Shown here: in pieces, positions 37,633 to 50,182 of the stretch
Numbering within the stretch: the stretch's first letter is position 1
How the letters are laid out: each line of letters opens with the position of its first letter
NCBI GenBank assembly: GCA_000708835.1
Contig: DF237175.1
Location: 62,001 to 126,000 of the forward strand
Length of the DNA: 64,000 nucleotides
Direction of reading: 5' to 3'
Source: Klebsormidium nitens
Lineage: Eukaryota > Plantae > Klebsormidiophyceae
Made by a program: the position numbers and the translations under genes
Notes under the pieces: generated by a model
What the model saw: only the letters and a program-made list of their open reading frames with translations
Database searches by the model: none
What the model was told of the DNA's origin: nothing

Positions 37633-40600
37633 TCAAAGGACCGGCGGTTTGGCTTTCGGCTTGACCTCCGCATCTTGTACCGAGCGGATGAAGACGGCGT
37701 CATGTGGGTGGCTGCAAAGAAACAACACGGGTTAACGAGGGCCATGAAAGATTCGCCTACAAAGCTTTGAAGAACTTGAGCAATGGCGATGGGCTGCAAG
37801 CAAATAATGGGGAGTCCTGAGTCTCTCTGTCTCGATGGCAGGCAACCTTTGAGTGCATCCCTGCTTTAAATCTACAACCAGAGGCGGCTAGCTTGGATTC
37901 TTTTCCGCTTTTGTAACCCACTATTCAGCTACTCAAAACCAAAGCGATACGTTTGAGAAGGACGGCCCATGCGCACTTAATCCTTCAGGAAATTTCCGTC
38001 CTATGCCGTCAAGAATGCGCTATTTCCGTCGTCGGCTCGACCTTTCTGTGTTTCTATCTTGCCGTGTCGCCTACTATCGAGCACGTCCACGGCTGGAGAA
38101 AAGACGTCTACGAAAAGACGCAGAAACTTCACAGAATACCTGCCACATGCTGGCGGGCCGAACCTCTCCTCGGCGATGTTTTGATTGCCCTGTGCGCGAA
38201 TCCTCAGGCCGCTAGCCCAAGTAGCGCAGAGAAAGAGTTGGTAAGCCCACAAAAAGAGTCGGTAGCGCAGAGAAAGAATCGCAGGAGTCGACACTCACTC
38301 TTTGTTGCCGTCCTCGTAGTTGTAGCTGGCGGCCACGGCGAGCAGCCGGCCGTCGGGGCTGAAGGAGAGGGAGGAGACGCCCGTCGGGTACTGAGTGTAC
38401 TGCACAGCGCAGAAAGGGAGCGGTTGAGAGAGAGGCACGAAAGCAAGCAACGCTGAGAGCGCGCATGAGTATCGAAGGAAATGGAGGAGACGCCCGTCGG
38501 GTATAGGGTGTACTGCACAACGCAGAAAGGGAGCGCTTGAGACAGAGGCACCAAAGCATGGAACGCTGAGAGCGCGCAAGAGTATGAATACTGGGTGTAC
38601 TGCACAGCGCAGAGTCAAAATCTCAAAACCCTTCCAAAGTGACAAAATAAACAGGCCTCGGCCCCACAACTCAGGAAGGACGACATGGAATCAGCGGCGT
38701 TCTGAGACATACACAAGTGGGCAATTTCCGGACGTCCACTGGCTAAATCATCATGATCTAGTCCCGTAACATCCACGAGTGGACCACGCTGCCACTGCCG
38801 TGCACGCTTCCGAGCAACCAAGCTTCAATGCTGAACGGCAAATCTCTTTCTCGTACATGATCGTTTACTTTCGTCGGCTAAGGACGCCTTCTTCTTGTCC
38901 CTGTCCTCAACAAACCGCACAGTGTCGCCAAGATCAAAAGAGGAAGTCCACGCACTCTCCGGCCTTCTCTTTTCGCATCACACTTGGAAAGCACACGACG
39001 CCAAGCTTACGATGGACAACGGATACCCACAGTTGGACCCCTTTTGCTCTCGTCGCTTCTGCTGAAAGGGTGTGTCTCCTTTCCGTCAAGATAAGGACGT
39101 TGTTTAGCGGCAACGTTCGATCTGGAAAATCTCGCAGGTGGACTCATCAATTTCACTGATCAAAGGACCCTCGGAGTTGCACTTTGAGAAGCCTGACCGC
39201 ACACCAGACCAAAACCTTCCCGATTCCCTCACCTGATATAGCCGCTTTTTGTTGTCTCCATCCCAAATGTTCACAAACCCGTCCGAACCCCCCGTCGCAA
39301 ACGTGCCGTGCACCGGGTGATAGGCGATGGCGTTCACGGGGTATATGATATCCTTCCCGTCCTGCGTTTGCCGGTGGCATTTGAACGCGTACTTTTTGGA
39401 CTGCCACGCCTCCGACGTATCGAAATATTCCATCGCGACCCGGCCTTCGATTGAGCTCAGGGCATACCCTGCACGAGAATGTCTGCGGTCAATGCTTTTC
39501 CTTTTACAACGGGAGTGCTTCGAATATCCTTCCTTTTCCTACGCTTCGGTCTGGAAAAAGTTATGTCTCCTCGCAGGCGTTGCTGATGTTTCAGGGCATG
39601 ACCTGTCGGAGACATCAAGCAGAGAACGAAGAAGAGTAATGACACGAGGAAGGCGAGTTGGAAGCAGAGGAAGCTGGATCGCCGTGGGCCTGCCACTTAC
39701 GTACGAGAACAGGAACTGTGCACCGCAGCATATCTGGTCGAGCTTTCAGTCGAACAGATAGATAGTCCAAAAGTCAGCTAAACTAATCTAGAAACGGATC
39801 ACCGCACCCCGAAGCTCCAAGTTACAAAACAGCTCAGAAATGCATAAGATCTTTGGCCTTATAAACTGTGCTCGAATCATTGCTCGAATCACCATTGCAT
39901 GATCCTTATTAGAGACGATCATGGCTTATTCCCGCTCCTAGCTCATTCCGCTATGAAAGAAATGCGGCACGGCAAGGCCGAGGCTGCCCTTCAGTCCAGC
40001 ACACACACAACTCAAGAACAGCTCAGACGGTCAAGCTACTTGCGGCCGGAATGGCCAGAATCGGCATGAATCTGCAAGAAACCCGCAAAAGACGAATATG
40101 GTGGCCGGAGTTTCCGAAAGTACGGATATCCTGTTTCCGTAAAAACATTGTCATCGTAAGGCGGCTCCTAACCTGTTCCATTGGGGTAGCAGCGCACGCA
40201 GCGCGTCTGGTACTTGAGGCTGCTCTCGCGTGTCTGCTCCGGTTGGCCCATATTCCGCAGGTCGAACAGCACCACGTGGCGGCCCGCGCACGCAACCACC
40301 AATCGGTGCCCAACCAGCGACATCGAGTAGACCCGGTCAGGAACCTGGTTAGCAGAAACGAAAACAGGTGAGCAAGGTTCAAGTTCCACTAGCACATTGA
40401 GATATTGGGTTTACTATTGACACGGACCAAAGGAGAAGCATGCGGGCGTCCCGACCAGTATTGATAATAACGGGTTGAGGCTCTGGGTCAACTTCTGGGT
40501 AAGCTGACGACCTGATTGATGAATCAAAACGAACTGCGTTACAGAAACACTCCCGAGGGACACACGTACCAGCATTAGCGAAGGAAGTTGGAAGCTGTAG

Positions 40601-42497
40601 ATTCTACTTCACCAGCCACATTTAAGCAATCATTCTGGCCGCCTCTAAAACTACTAAGGGTTTGGGGAAAAGTTCGGGCGGACAAAGTACAAGAGTCTCA
40701 GGTTTGAAGAAGGGTTCGGGGGCTCTCAGGTCTTAAGCCCACCAACCTCCGCTCTCTAGACTGTCGCAAATTCAGGCTACCTTAGAACACTTGTAAATGA
40801 TCTGCAGTCTGTGTATTCGAAGGTTGACTGCATTCTGGAGAATGACTCACCTGGTATAGACCAACCGCTCTTTGGCCCCCAGGAGGCGCCCGGGGGTCCC
40901 ACGTTCGGACGGTCTTGTCCCAGCTGCCGGACACGACTTGTCCGGTCGCTTGCGAGTACTCCACACATCGCACCGGGAGGTCGTGAGCCCCCAGGTTGTC
41001 TTCCACACCTCGGACAAAGTCAAACCTGAGGAGGAAGCAAAGAGGTGTTTCTGTTGATACTTGACAGCTGTCCTCTTACCCCAATTGTGAAGATGGTCAA
41101 TGTCGGTTAAGAGAAACCCAACTTGGTCTGGTCTTTCGATTTTCACAGCACAAATTTCAAAACGGGATAAAAAGAATAACCATATGTCACGTCTGTAGTC
41201 CACCTTGTCGCACCAGGGGATGATCACTGATGCCATCAACCAAAGAGTCGCAATCAGGATGTTGTGCTGGCTGACGAGGAGAGACACTTCTGACTTAGGA
41301 AAAGGTCAGCCAGAGACGCTTTTACGGTAAGCACCCTTCTCAAATGTTCAACAGAATTGATTCCAGAAAAAGGCCAGCAGATTTCGAACGGTTGGCCTTA
41401 GTTGACGGGTGCGGTAAACCATGATGAAAACAAAACCCAAACACCCTCCAAGGAAGTCTACAGTCCTTGGGACCCAAAAAGACAACACCGGTCCGGGACA
41501 AGGTGAGAGCGCCGTCATAAGCTCTCCTTCACAATCGCTTCTGAGGTCAGGAGCTCACCGCTTGACTACTTTATCGAGACCTCCGCTAAAAGCGGCCCCC
41601 TCATCTTGGAAGGCGCAGTCTAGGACGGGGCCTCGATGGCGGTACTTCCCTTTGAGCACATTCAGGTCTGCATCATAGAGCCTGACGTACTGCAGAAAGA
41701 AGATCATATCATCACATGTTGTGCGAAACCACGATGAGTCCACTTCAAATGAGACAGAGGGTTTTTCTGCAGCTGGGGCAGGCGAACAGACGAGAGTAGC
41801 GCTCCTTCACAAGCTGTACTTCGGCTGCCTGGCTGACGCCCTGGTCTTGGGGGCTCCTGTAAACATACATCACCAGATTGCAACAGAATGTGAAGTGAAC
41901 ACTTGGTAAAAAAAGAAGGTTACCCAAGGTTAACTTACCAGACCCAGTGTCAGTCTGAAAACCGCAGCTTGCAACAGGCCACATTATCCAAAGTCAAGGT
42001 TAACTTACCAGACCCAGTGTCAGTCTGAAAACCGCAGCTTGCAACAGGCCACATTATCCAAAGTCAACGGGAAACAGGCCGAGCGCAAAATGCAAGCTGA
42101 GTGTCAGAAAGCTGCTGGGTGAAAGCGTGTAGCATCCGTCAAAGAACAAAGATGGGGTTGTTGGAGCGCCAGGTCATACGCTTCCACGATCTTCTAGAAG
42201 ATAAATGAGCAAGGCTTGTTGACAGTCAACAACGGAATTTTAAATTTTTGGCCAGCTTGGGATTCGGACAATAGACCCTCTTCAGGGAACATCTGCACCA
42301 GGACAGCAGCAAAACAACTGAGCAGCTGTTGCGCCTCTTCAGCAACAACACCTCTCAAACGGGTCTCTGGATGAAGAGCTTACAGAGTCCCAGGACGAGA
42401 CCAGCAGGCTGTTTGAGGTCGTTGAGAAAGAGACGTTGGAGATGCCGTCGGTAGGACCCCCTGGGAGCTCTCTACCGACCACCGGGCCCGCTTGCAT
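37633..42497 (-). CDS. BUB3: Mitotic checkpoint protein BUB3 (WD40)
   Basis: Exons 42497-42384 ([38 protein letters not shown]), 41689-41559, ~41025-40851, ~40340-40173 ([19 protein letters not shown]), ~39469-39233 ([49 protein letters not shown]), 38399-38299 and 37711-37633 ([19 protein letters not shown]). These are diagnostic Bub3 motifs. Confidence 0.97.
38360..38615 (-). repeat. Imperfect tandem triplication of the BUB3 penultimate-exon acceptor and exon start
   Basis: Minus-strand motif tctgcg(c/t)tgtgcag|tacac recurs with AG at 38601-38600, 38514-38513 and 38401-38400. Each upstream copy is followed by a near-identical gcgcgctctcagcgtt..gtgcctct..tcaa..gctcccttt segment. The middle copy also carries tacccgacgggcgtctcctcc (YPTGVSS). 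Confidence 0.9.
41925..42064. repeat. Perfect 70-bp tandem duplication in BUB3 intron 1
   Basis: caaggttaacttaccagacccagtgtcagtctgaaaaccgcagcttgcaacaggccacattatccaaagt is present at both 41925-41994 and 41995-42064. Confidence 0.97.
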
Positions 42498-43800
42498 CGC
42501 GGGAAAATATCAGACTGCCAAAACTGTTGTAACCAGTCCTCCGCAACTACAGACTAATCTCAGCTTGCAGATGCCCAACAGCCAATTGCTGGCCGGACGC
42601 TCCCTCTATTCCAGAGGCGTATTTCTCTATCCTAAACCGCGAAATCAATACAGATGCGACAAATTTTTCATATAAGGACTGCGAGTCGCCGTATATACCA
42701 ATGGACTGCGATCGGAAGTACCTTCGGCAAGGTAAAGCAGAGAAACAAAACCTGACAAGGCAAACGATCAGGGCGATCCTGCAGAGGACTCCCAATGGCG
42801 CTCCCCTTGTCCCCAGGTGGCCTAGACCTACACAGAAGAGGTCCGGTTCTAACAAAGCCTGTCTTACAAGTACAGTGTACTTAATACAAGGCAAATTTTA
42901 TGTATGAGCACACGGTGGAAATGGGTTAACCTGGGTATAGGCGGGTTAGTCCTGACGGTTTGAACCGGTTTCTTACCGAGACCTCATAACCGGCCAATAC
43001 ACCCAGGTCAAAGGTACACAACGCAACATGAACGGCTGCTTGACAACGGTAGCGATATTGGGGTTACAGCAACGCATTGGGAGGATTGGGTCAAAGTGCA
43101 TGACACAATCCGCGAGCCCCTCCTATCGACTTTTCAAATGACGAGGCGCCAGTTGCCTTGCAGCCGTCAGATTAGCCCGATGAACCCTTCCGCCGCATGG
43201 CACGATCGACGGTCGAGACTGCCCGGTTCTCGCACCCTTCCATTGGGATATAGGTAGGTACTGGCAAGCAGATTTGAAGGCCGACCAGTGCTCTACCGTA
43301 CCCTCTGTCGTTGCTGCTCGGCCACAAAATGCATGCCAAAATTCTGCGTACGGTAATTTGATCAGTGAACGGAAACGTCTCTTTCTCTCAGCTCGAATGC
43401 AGGCTGGAGCTTGGGTATGCAACATGTTGTCCCGGTTGTACCAATGGAGAAACGACATGGTATGTCTAGAATCGATCGGACTTATAGTTTTGTTGCGTAT
43501 GCAGTAAATCCAGTATCTAAAGCTCCATAGCCGCAAGGAGCTCATGTCAAACATGCCACACGGCCTGAGGCCGTCGTTGTGTCTAGCTCCGGTTAAGCTT
43601 CCTGGTCCGTTGAGTATTGCCGCCATTTGTGTATCTTATTGAACAACTTGATGTTTGGAACGCTCGCCTGGAGTCTAGATTGGAACGCTCACTCTGTCAT
43701 TGGGCTTCAAGAACCAATCAGGAACATCACGAGTTGATGCATCGAGCTTGCAAAGCCAGTTGCAGCTCCGGTATACGGATGTCACCTTGATACGGCCTGC

Positions 43801-45737
43801 TCAATCTGATGGCAAGAGAGGTCTTTGGCAAATATCGACGGCCCTGAGATCATCAGCGAGCCGGTACGGCTTCTTACCGACACCATTTTCTATGCTAGCA
43901 TCAGCTCCTGCCCCTAGCAACTGTTCTACAACAGCCACATGGTTGCCTCGAGCTGCGTGATGGAGAGGCTGCAATAACGAAGTGAGTAAACAGTCAGGAA
44001 CCAGCGTTAGTACCGTTTTGATGCACCACAGAACAGAATATATGAACTGATGCCCACAAGGTAATAGTCTTGATGTGCTCAACGGGGCTGCCACGCCGCC
44101 AGTGCGGTTGTTGCTTGCACTCGTGCCACCCCTTCGTTCAAATCGTTTGGCTTAACAAGAAGACTCTCGAGGGGTTTCCGAACCAACCGGTCCACTTTGA
44201 TCAACTGCAGCTATACAAAACGAGCTCAGGAAAGCTTTGGCTTGTCAACCAGGAGAAGGAGACAAAGTCGAGTATCCAATTACATCAAGCTTTGTCCAAA
44301 GCTTCCTTCATGTCACTCTATGATTCTGCTTTGCTCGCTTTTCTCGTTTATGTCGGCTGAAACATATCACCAGCCTGGACAAGTCGGAGCTCGGTTTACA
44401 AAAACAGGAAAGAGTTCTAGAGAACAACAGCGAAAGACAAGTTGGTGCTCAACTTTGATGGACAGGACGCAAAGATAGGAAAAGCGTACCGTATCACCGT
44501 CGATGTCGGATGCTTTCAGCAATTCTTCTATGCATCCCTGTTGTTCAGCAGCGTTCAGGAGTAGTGTCACGCAATCCGTAAAGCCGCTAGCAGCAGCGTC
44601 GTGGAGAGGAACGGCACCGTCCTCATCTCGAGCCAGAACAGATGCCCCCTTCGACAGGAGAACCTTCAATCACCAATAGAGAGGCCAAATTAAGCTCAAC
44701 GCCAACAAGGCTTGAATGAAAACAAAACGAGAACAGCACTTTGTGAGGAAGTTTGGCCGGTTCTCTCAACCTCAAGTATGGGGAGTGGAGAGTCAAGGTT
44801 TGTGGTCGCTGCAAAAAGAGATACTCAGGGCACCACTCAATGCTCAATGATATCGTGCAAAGAGGCAATCTGCACGGGGTCCCTAAGGGGCAATAATCAA
44901 AAGACAACTTTTGAAGGCAGGCTCCAAAAACTGCCAGAACCTTGACAAGGAAGGTGCGAACCCCTCGTAATGCTTCCAACTCTAAGGCCTGCTCCAAAGT
45001 CTTGGCTATCTACGAGTTATGCCTTCGCCGACCCAAACAGGACTATACACAGGCGGTGTAATTCGTAAAGACGGGCTTCTCAGCAACATTGTCCAGGCCT
45101 GTATCAGAGAGGTAAATCACGCACCTCTACACACTGGGCATGCCCATGCAGAGCAGCAAGATGAAGGGCAGTATCACCATCATCGGCACGACTGTTGATG
45201 CTCACTGTCAGACTTCCTGCCATTGAAGGGATCGGTTTTAAGATGCCCCCTAGGGACGCAAAGGCAAATGAGTGGCAACTCTCGTTCGAGTGCTGTGGGG
45301 CACACCAGATATCCTTCAACATGTCACGCATCATGTGCTGAGTTTAGCAGTAGAATCCTGATTGTGAATTGTCTCTTACAAAGTCTGAACGTCTGAAGCA
45401 ACATTCTGAAACAAGCTTCTCAACCTATCTCACCCCAGCAGCATGTGCACGATCTACGATGGTGCATTTCAAACTGGTGTCTGAATACTGAACAGTGAGA
45501 AAACAACCAAATGCTGCAGATCCTGTCCAACAAAGCATCCTCAGCATTGGGTGCCAATTCCTCACTCATGGCCTCTTCGAGAGCCTCCACATTTCCAGAC
45601 TCTGCTGCATCAGCGACCATCTGGAGGTCTTCTGGCACCTCCGCAGGTGCCTCCTCCACTGTCACCCAAGAAACCTCCGGCTCTTCATCTCCATTGAGGC
45701 CCGAGCGGCGCGGGGCATGCTCCGGAACGCCAGGCAT
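43801..45737 (-). CDS. Ankyrin-repeat protein
   Basis: Exons ~45737-45562, ~45218-45125 (DGDTALHLAALHGHAQCVE), 44663-44490 (VLLSKGASVLARDEDGAVPLHDAAASGFTDCVTLLL) and 43968-43801 (PLHHAARGNHVAVVEQLLGAGAD..GKKP). About three to four ankyrin repeats, all exons in phase. Confidence 0.9.
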
Positions 45738-45964
45738 GCTCAAGCTGTCAGATGCTCAGAGGCCAATCCTCAGGAGCTGTGCTGGCCCTAAGTCTGAGGC
45801 CCACGTCCAACGTATGAGAAGCAGAGCAAGCAAATAAGGCGCTGTTGCATCTGAACTTGGAAGACTTGAAGTTGAAGTTACTCCTTTGGCTTTGCTTCAC
45901 CACCACACACCACCATGCAGCATCATGTTGCTTCAGACATGGTGACCCTCGCCCCGCCGGTTTA

Positions 45965-46016
45965 ATACCTCTTGTTAGGGGCCCCGTTACATAAACTTAT
46001 ACCTCTTGTTAGGGGC
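45965..46016. repeat. 18-bp direct repeat in the ankyrin/TH1 divergent intergenic region
   Basis: atacctcttgttaggggc at 45965-45982 and 45999-46016. Confidence 0.85.
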
Positions 46017-46179
46017 TCCGAAAGGTTGGATTACCGGTACAGGCTACAGAAGTTTCGGAGCAAGCCTTGTTAAAGGCAATCCACCAGAGGCAAATTGCGG
46101 GCCTGAAAACCGGGTTTGCGTTGATTGGGTTGTGGGTTACTTTCTCGGGTCACAAATCGGGTTCAGCCTGCAGGCAACC

Positions 46180-46200
46180 TAGTAGTAGTAGTAGTAGTAG
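46180..46200. repeat. (TAG)7 microsatellite
   Basis: tagtagtagtagtagtagtag read directly. Confidence 0.95.
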
Positions 46201-46526
46201 ACGACGAGTGCATTGTGCAGCTTGATTCATGCAGCAACTTCAAGCTTTCGAACGTGCCAATTCCTTCCCTGAAGGCTTCAGGGCACTCTCTTTTGGTGGA
46301 GGCAATCAACCGCTGTCATGGTTTCTCTTGTTGACATCATCTACATCACCTTAATCGTTTGCAGCCATGATTCGCACTTGATGTATCGCTAGGTCTGCCA
46401 ACCGTAGCACTTTTTGGGAGCGATTGTGGGCAATCAAACTGTGCGGTTTGAGCCCAGTCCAGATTGGGCAAGTTGGCGTAGCAGACCATCTGCAAAGTCA
46501 TTGTTGAACCCAGGAGTCAGGCAGCT

Positions 46527-48270
46527 ATGCAGCAAACCAAAGGGGCAGAGGAGAAGGGACCTGCAGAGCTGCCTAGGCCACAGAGCGGATCCGGAGCTAC
46601 CACCGGTGCTAGCAAGACGCAAGAGCCATTCTTGGGCGTGAAGGTTCGCCGTAGGTCTAGTCTGAACAAGGTCTTCCAGGGAGACTATTTGGAACTGAAT
46701 GGCAACGCAACTGTCCTGAAGTTGCTTTCAAAACATGGTAAGCTTTTGCTGCTATTTCGGCTCTTGTACTGTGAAGCCAAGCCAGATCTAGGGGCATTGT
46801 GGCGCAATCTGCAGTGCACCTGATTCCCGCCATTGGATCTCTGAGGCTATGATGGTCACACGGCACTTATTCCTTACTACATTCGTTCTGAGCAACTTTT
46901 TGATTCGTGCCGCTAGTGTTCCCAGGACACGTTGCAAGGAACATTTCTTTTTGCTGTGCAAAGCTCTGGACTGGAAATAGACAGAAAGCCAACCGCAAAA
47001 CAGAACCTTGAGGCCAGGAGATGCACCTCAATGAGAAAATTCGCCCTGTCTGACGATCCAGCAAAACTCGTCTTTTTCAAGGCCCTTTAGGTTCAAGAGG
47101 GGTCACCTGCAGCGTGGCGAGGTGTCCAATTGAGCTGCACTTTCAGTCGGCAGGAATGTCCATTCTGGCACCTTACAATCGCTATCCTGTGATCACAGGC
47201 CACAAGCCCCTGTCAGTGCGTCCCCAATCAAATAAATTCCCCGTGTTCTCAAATCTTTCATTGTCATGCACACCAATCTTTCCGTTCCTCCCTGCAGGCG
47301 ACAAGGCGGTGCTCTTCGCTGATACCGTCATCAAAGTCGACCGCAAATTTCGGATGCAGAAGCGCCTTATTTTGATTACGGATGTGGCACTGTACATCCT
47401 CGAGACGGACAGTTTCCGTGTGAAGAGGCGCATCAGCCTGGACACGCTGGAGTCCCTCCGCCTGAGCGAGCTGAATGACAACTTCTTTGCGGTCATCATC
47501 CCTGCGGAGTACGACTATCTGCTGGCAAGCACACGCAAGACGGAGATTGTGACTGTGCTGCTGGAGGCCACCAGGAAGCTGACGGGGCGCAACGTTTCTG
47601 TAAAATTTGGAAATAGGTGAGGGGCTGCCCCGATTAGAACCTCAATGTTTTGGCTTGTAGAGTAGCAACTTAGCTTGGCAGCTAACTCTGTCTCCCTGTG
47701 TGGACTTTCTGATTGTCAAACAAGCCTATTGTGGTCCAAGCATTTCCAGTATTGCTTCACGGCTTGGTAGCTTTTGACAACACTGTCCCTGTGCAGTTTT
47801 GAGTACAACATCGACTCAGAAACGGTGCGTCAAGTCGTCTTCAAGCAAGTGGATGGTGAGGGGCGTTCTGATTGGCTGACCATATTGGAGTTGCAACCAA
47901 AGGCCCAACTCTTCCCCCGGAATCCAAAGACTCTTCTCTCGGACGCCAACGACGATCCTTCTTTATGCCAGTCTTTTGTCAATCTTTGTTGCTAGCAGTA
48001 GTGCATGATTGCATGAGCAGTTGCTTCGAGATGGATGCGCAAGTTTGGCTTTGTCGGTGCAAAACATGCCGCCTATATGCCGTCAGGTGCTAACGGAATG
48101 TCCCGTAACAAATCTGGAACTTTCTCATGCAAGAAGCCTGGCAAGAACCATTAAGAGTAGATGGTTTGGCGCCAGAGTTCGCCTCTGAACCCGAAAACGA
48201 TCCTTCTGCCCCGACTTCTCCAGGCAACGTGAGCACAAAGTTCTCTGACAGTCGGATCCAGCAAAGCTGA
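46527..48270 (+). CDS. Stand-alone myosin class I tail homology 1 (TH1) domain protein
   Basis: Exons 46527-46737, 47298-47616, 47797-47855 and 48224-48270 join in phase. They give ..F.GVKVRRRSSLNKVFQGDYL..|GDKAVLFADTVIKVDRKFRMQKRLILITDVALYIL..KRRISLDTLESLRLSELNDNFFAVIIPAEYDYLLASTRKTEIVTVL.. (PF06017-type). There is no motor domain. Confidence 0.9.
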
Positions 48271-48455
48271 CGGCTACCAGCAGCAACGGTGAGGCACATT
48301 GAAACCCCGCTCTCTTGGCCAGCCTTGAAAACTCGACTCCCGCATGTCCAGAAAGCTTGACCTGCGGAGCCGCATATCCTCTTGTTTGCACTTCGATGGC
48401 AACACAGACGAAGGGGTTCGAGACCTTGGTAGAACCAACACTCGTACTGTTTGAG

Positions 48456-48471
48456 CACACACACACACACA
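48456..48471. repeat. (CA)8 microsatellite
   Basis: cacacacacacacaca read directly. Confidence 0.95.
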
Positions 48472-48829
48472 GGTTGCGTTCAAGTTCTGGTGAGGTTTGA
48501 ACACAGTTGTCCTGCCTGCAGGTTCTCCACTCGCTTGCAAGCGGCGCGCGTTTTAAAGGAACCCCGAACCCCCTCCGATCGCTGCAAGCAAGCTGGCAAG
48601 CTGCGAAGTAAACGGTGTACGAGCACCTGTCCTTGGCGATGCTTTCGACACTGAGCAGGTATGTGGACTTTCCGTTGTCGAAGTTCGACGCACGGGACGT
48701 GTGTAAGACGTTCAAACACGCTCCCTCTTCGATAAGAAGATGCTTGAAGCCGGAAAGAAGTATCTCTGACGGTTCTGAAGTGCCGTTGACTGCCTCGCTG
48801 AAATTCTGCATTCTGTCTTGGAGAAAGAT

Positions 48830-49669
48830 CGACGTTGGTAGGTTATACACTACTTGTCTGGTTGAAGATTGCATGTTCGCGAAGTATGTTTAGGGCAAAG
48901 ATATCATGGCAGATCGAACGTATCACGGAGTTTGACTCTCCTGAAAGTGGCCATTGAAGAAGGAACGATGTGTCCAGTTTGGCGACATTGAAACGCTTGG
49001 AGGCACTCGCAATCAACTGTTCTGCTGAGAGACACTTTTGTGCATATCGCGGGTTGAGGTCGGCTGTTGGCTCTGCCCATTGCCTGCCCGTGGTGTTAGA
49101 TTACATTACGTATTGAATGCAACCGGACGACTCTCGTCTACAGGTGCTGCCAGTTGGACATTGACGGGTATCTCAAAGCAGGTGACAGTTTCAGGCCAGG
49201 CTGATGCGAAATGTGTGGTTATAGGATAGTGTGACACCGCTTGATCGAGGCGGATGGTTGATCGGGGACTACATGTTGCTGCGTTCATTATGGAATATCC
49301 ATTGGTTATCAGGGCGCATGAAAGGACAATTTCGACCATTCGAGTACCTGTCGAAAGCTTAATCACTTTGCCGACGAGCTCCTTCCAGCATGCTCACAGT
49401 CGGCCTGGCAACATTGGGCGTTGGCAATCTGCCAAACGTGTGTAAAAGAGGGGCGGTTGTACATTGCCAAGTTGAGCACCAAATTGTTGTCCAGGAACAA
49501 GCACACTGCGAGTCGTTCGGCCGCGCCGTTCACAAGCAATTGCGCAAGGCACACCATGCTGGCTGCGCAACATTGGCCGGATGCATATAGTCCAAAATAG
49601 ACATGCATTCCTGGATTTATGATACGTGGAGGCCACAGCATGCCATCTTCGAGACGTACAGTGCTGCAT
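48830..49669 (-). CDS. Possible uncharacterised spliced gene, structure unresolved
   Basis: A strong donor (CT|gtgagc at 49398/49397) and an acceptor with branch point (ctaacaccacgggcag at 49084) join in phase: ..QPPLFYTRLADCQRPMLPGRL|QWAEPTADLNPRYAQKCLSAEQLIASASKRFNVAKLDTSFLLQWPLSG... Alternative exon chains are possible and no family was recognised. Confidence 0.25.
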
Positions 49670-50182
49670 TTAATTTCGCACACACATATGTGCACATGTA
49701 ACATATTGAAATGACGTTTACCTGTTTTGATGAAGTACTCACATGGGTCATGTCATGATCATGATTGTAGATGCAGCCGCCGTGCTTCAAATAAATTTGA
49801 AGCTCATAGGTATGCAAATATACGCCTGGAGCTAGTATAGCGAGGTCATGCTCTTACTCATTACAAACTGGGTGTTCGATTCGACTCTTTTCCTTTACAT
49901 ACGGTATTGCTCGCAATCGGAATTGATCATTGTAGTAGTGTTCGCTATCATGCTGATGCCGGAGAAAGCTACTCTTGAGGAGACTTGACGGCTCAGGCTT
50001 TCGATCAGATCCTCATGCAAATGGATTGAACGAATCGATGAGAAGGGCCTCAATTGATGAGCAAGCGCGCCGAACCCTCTTTGAAAGACGTCTTCTGAAG
50101 AAGGGGATTTGTAAGGCACGATGACTGAGGGCCTTAAACTCTATCTTATGATTGCCTCCCATGGTGGGAATAACACTGTTGA

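Noticed and set aside
38295-38669. ORF-track protein suggesting BUB3 ends at DGNKE*
   Set aside because: A GTGAGT donor at 38298 joins in phase to exon 37711-37633, which encodes the canonical HDAVFIR..EVKPK end.
43123-43626. 167-aa minus-strand ORF downstream of the ankyrin gene
   Set aside because: No recognisable motif or convincing splice context; it lies in the likely 3' flank.
48125-48874. 249-aa minus-strand ORF as a single gene
   Set aside because: It runs through a CA microsatellite and antisense to the TH1 last exon, and has no family motif. At most, part of it is an exon.
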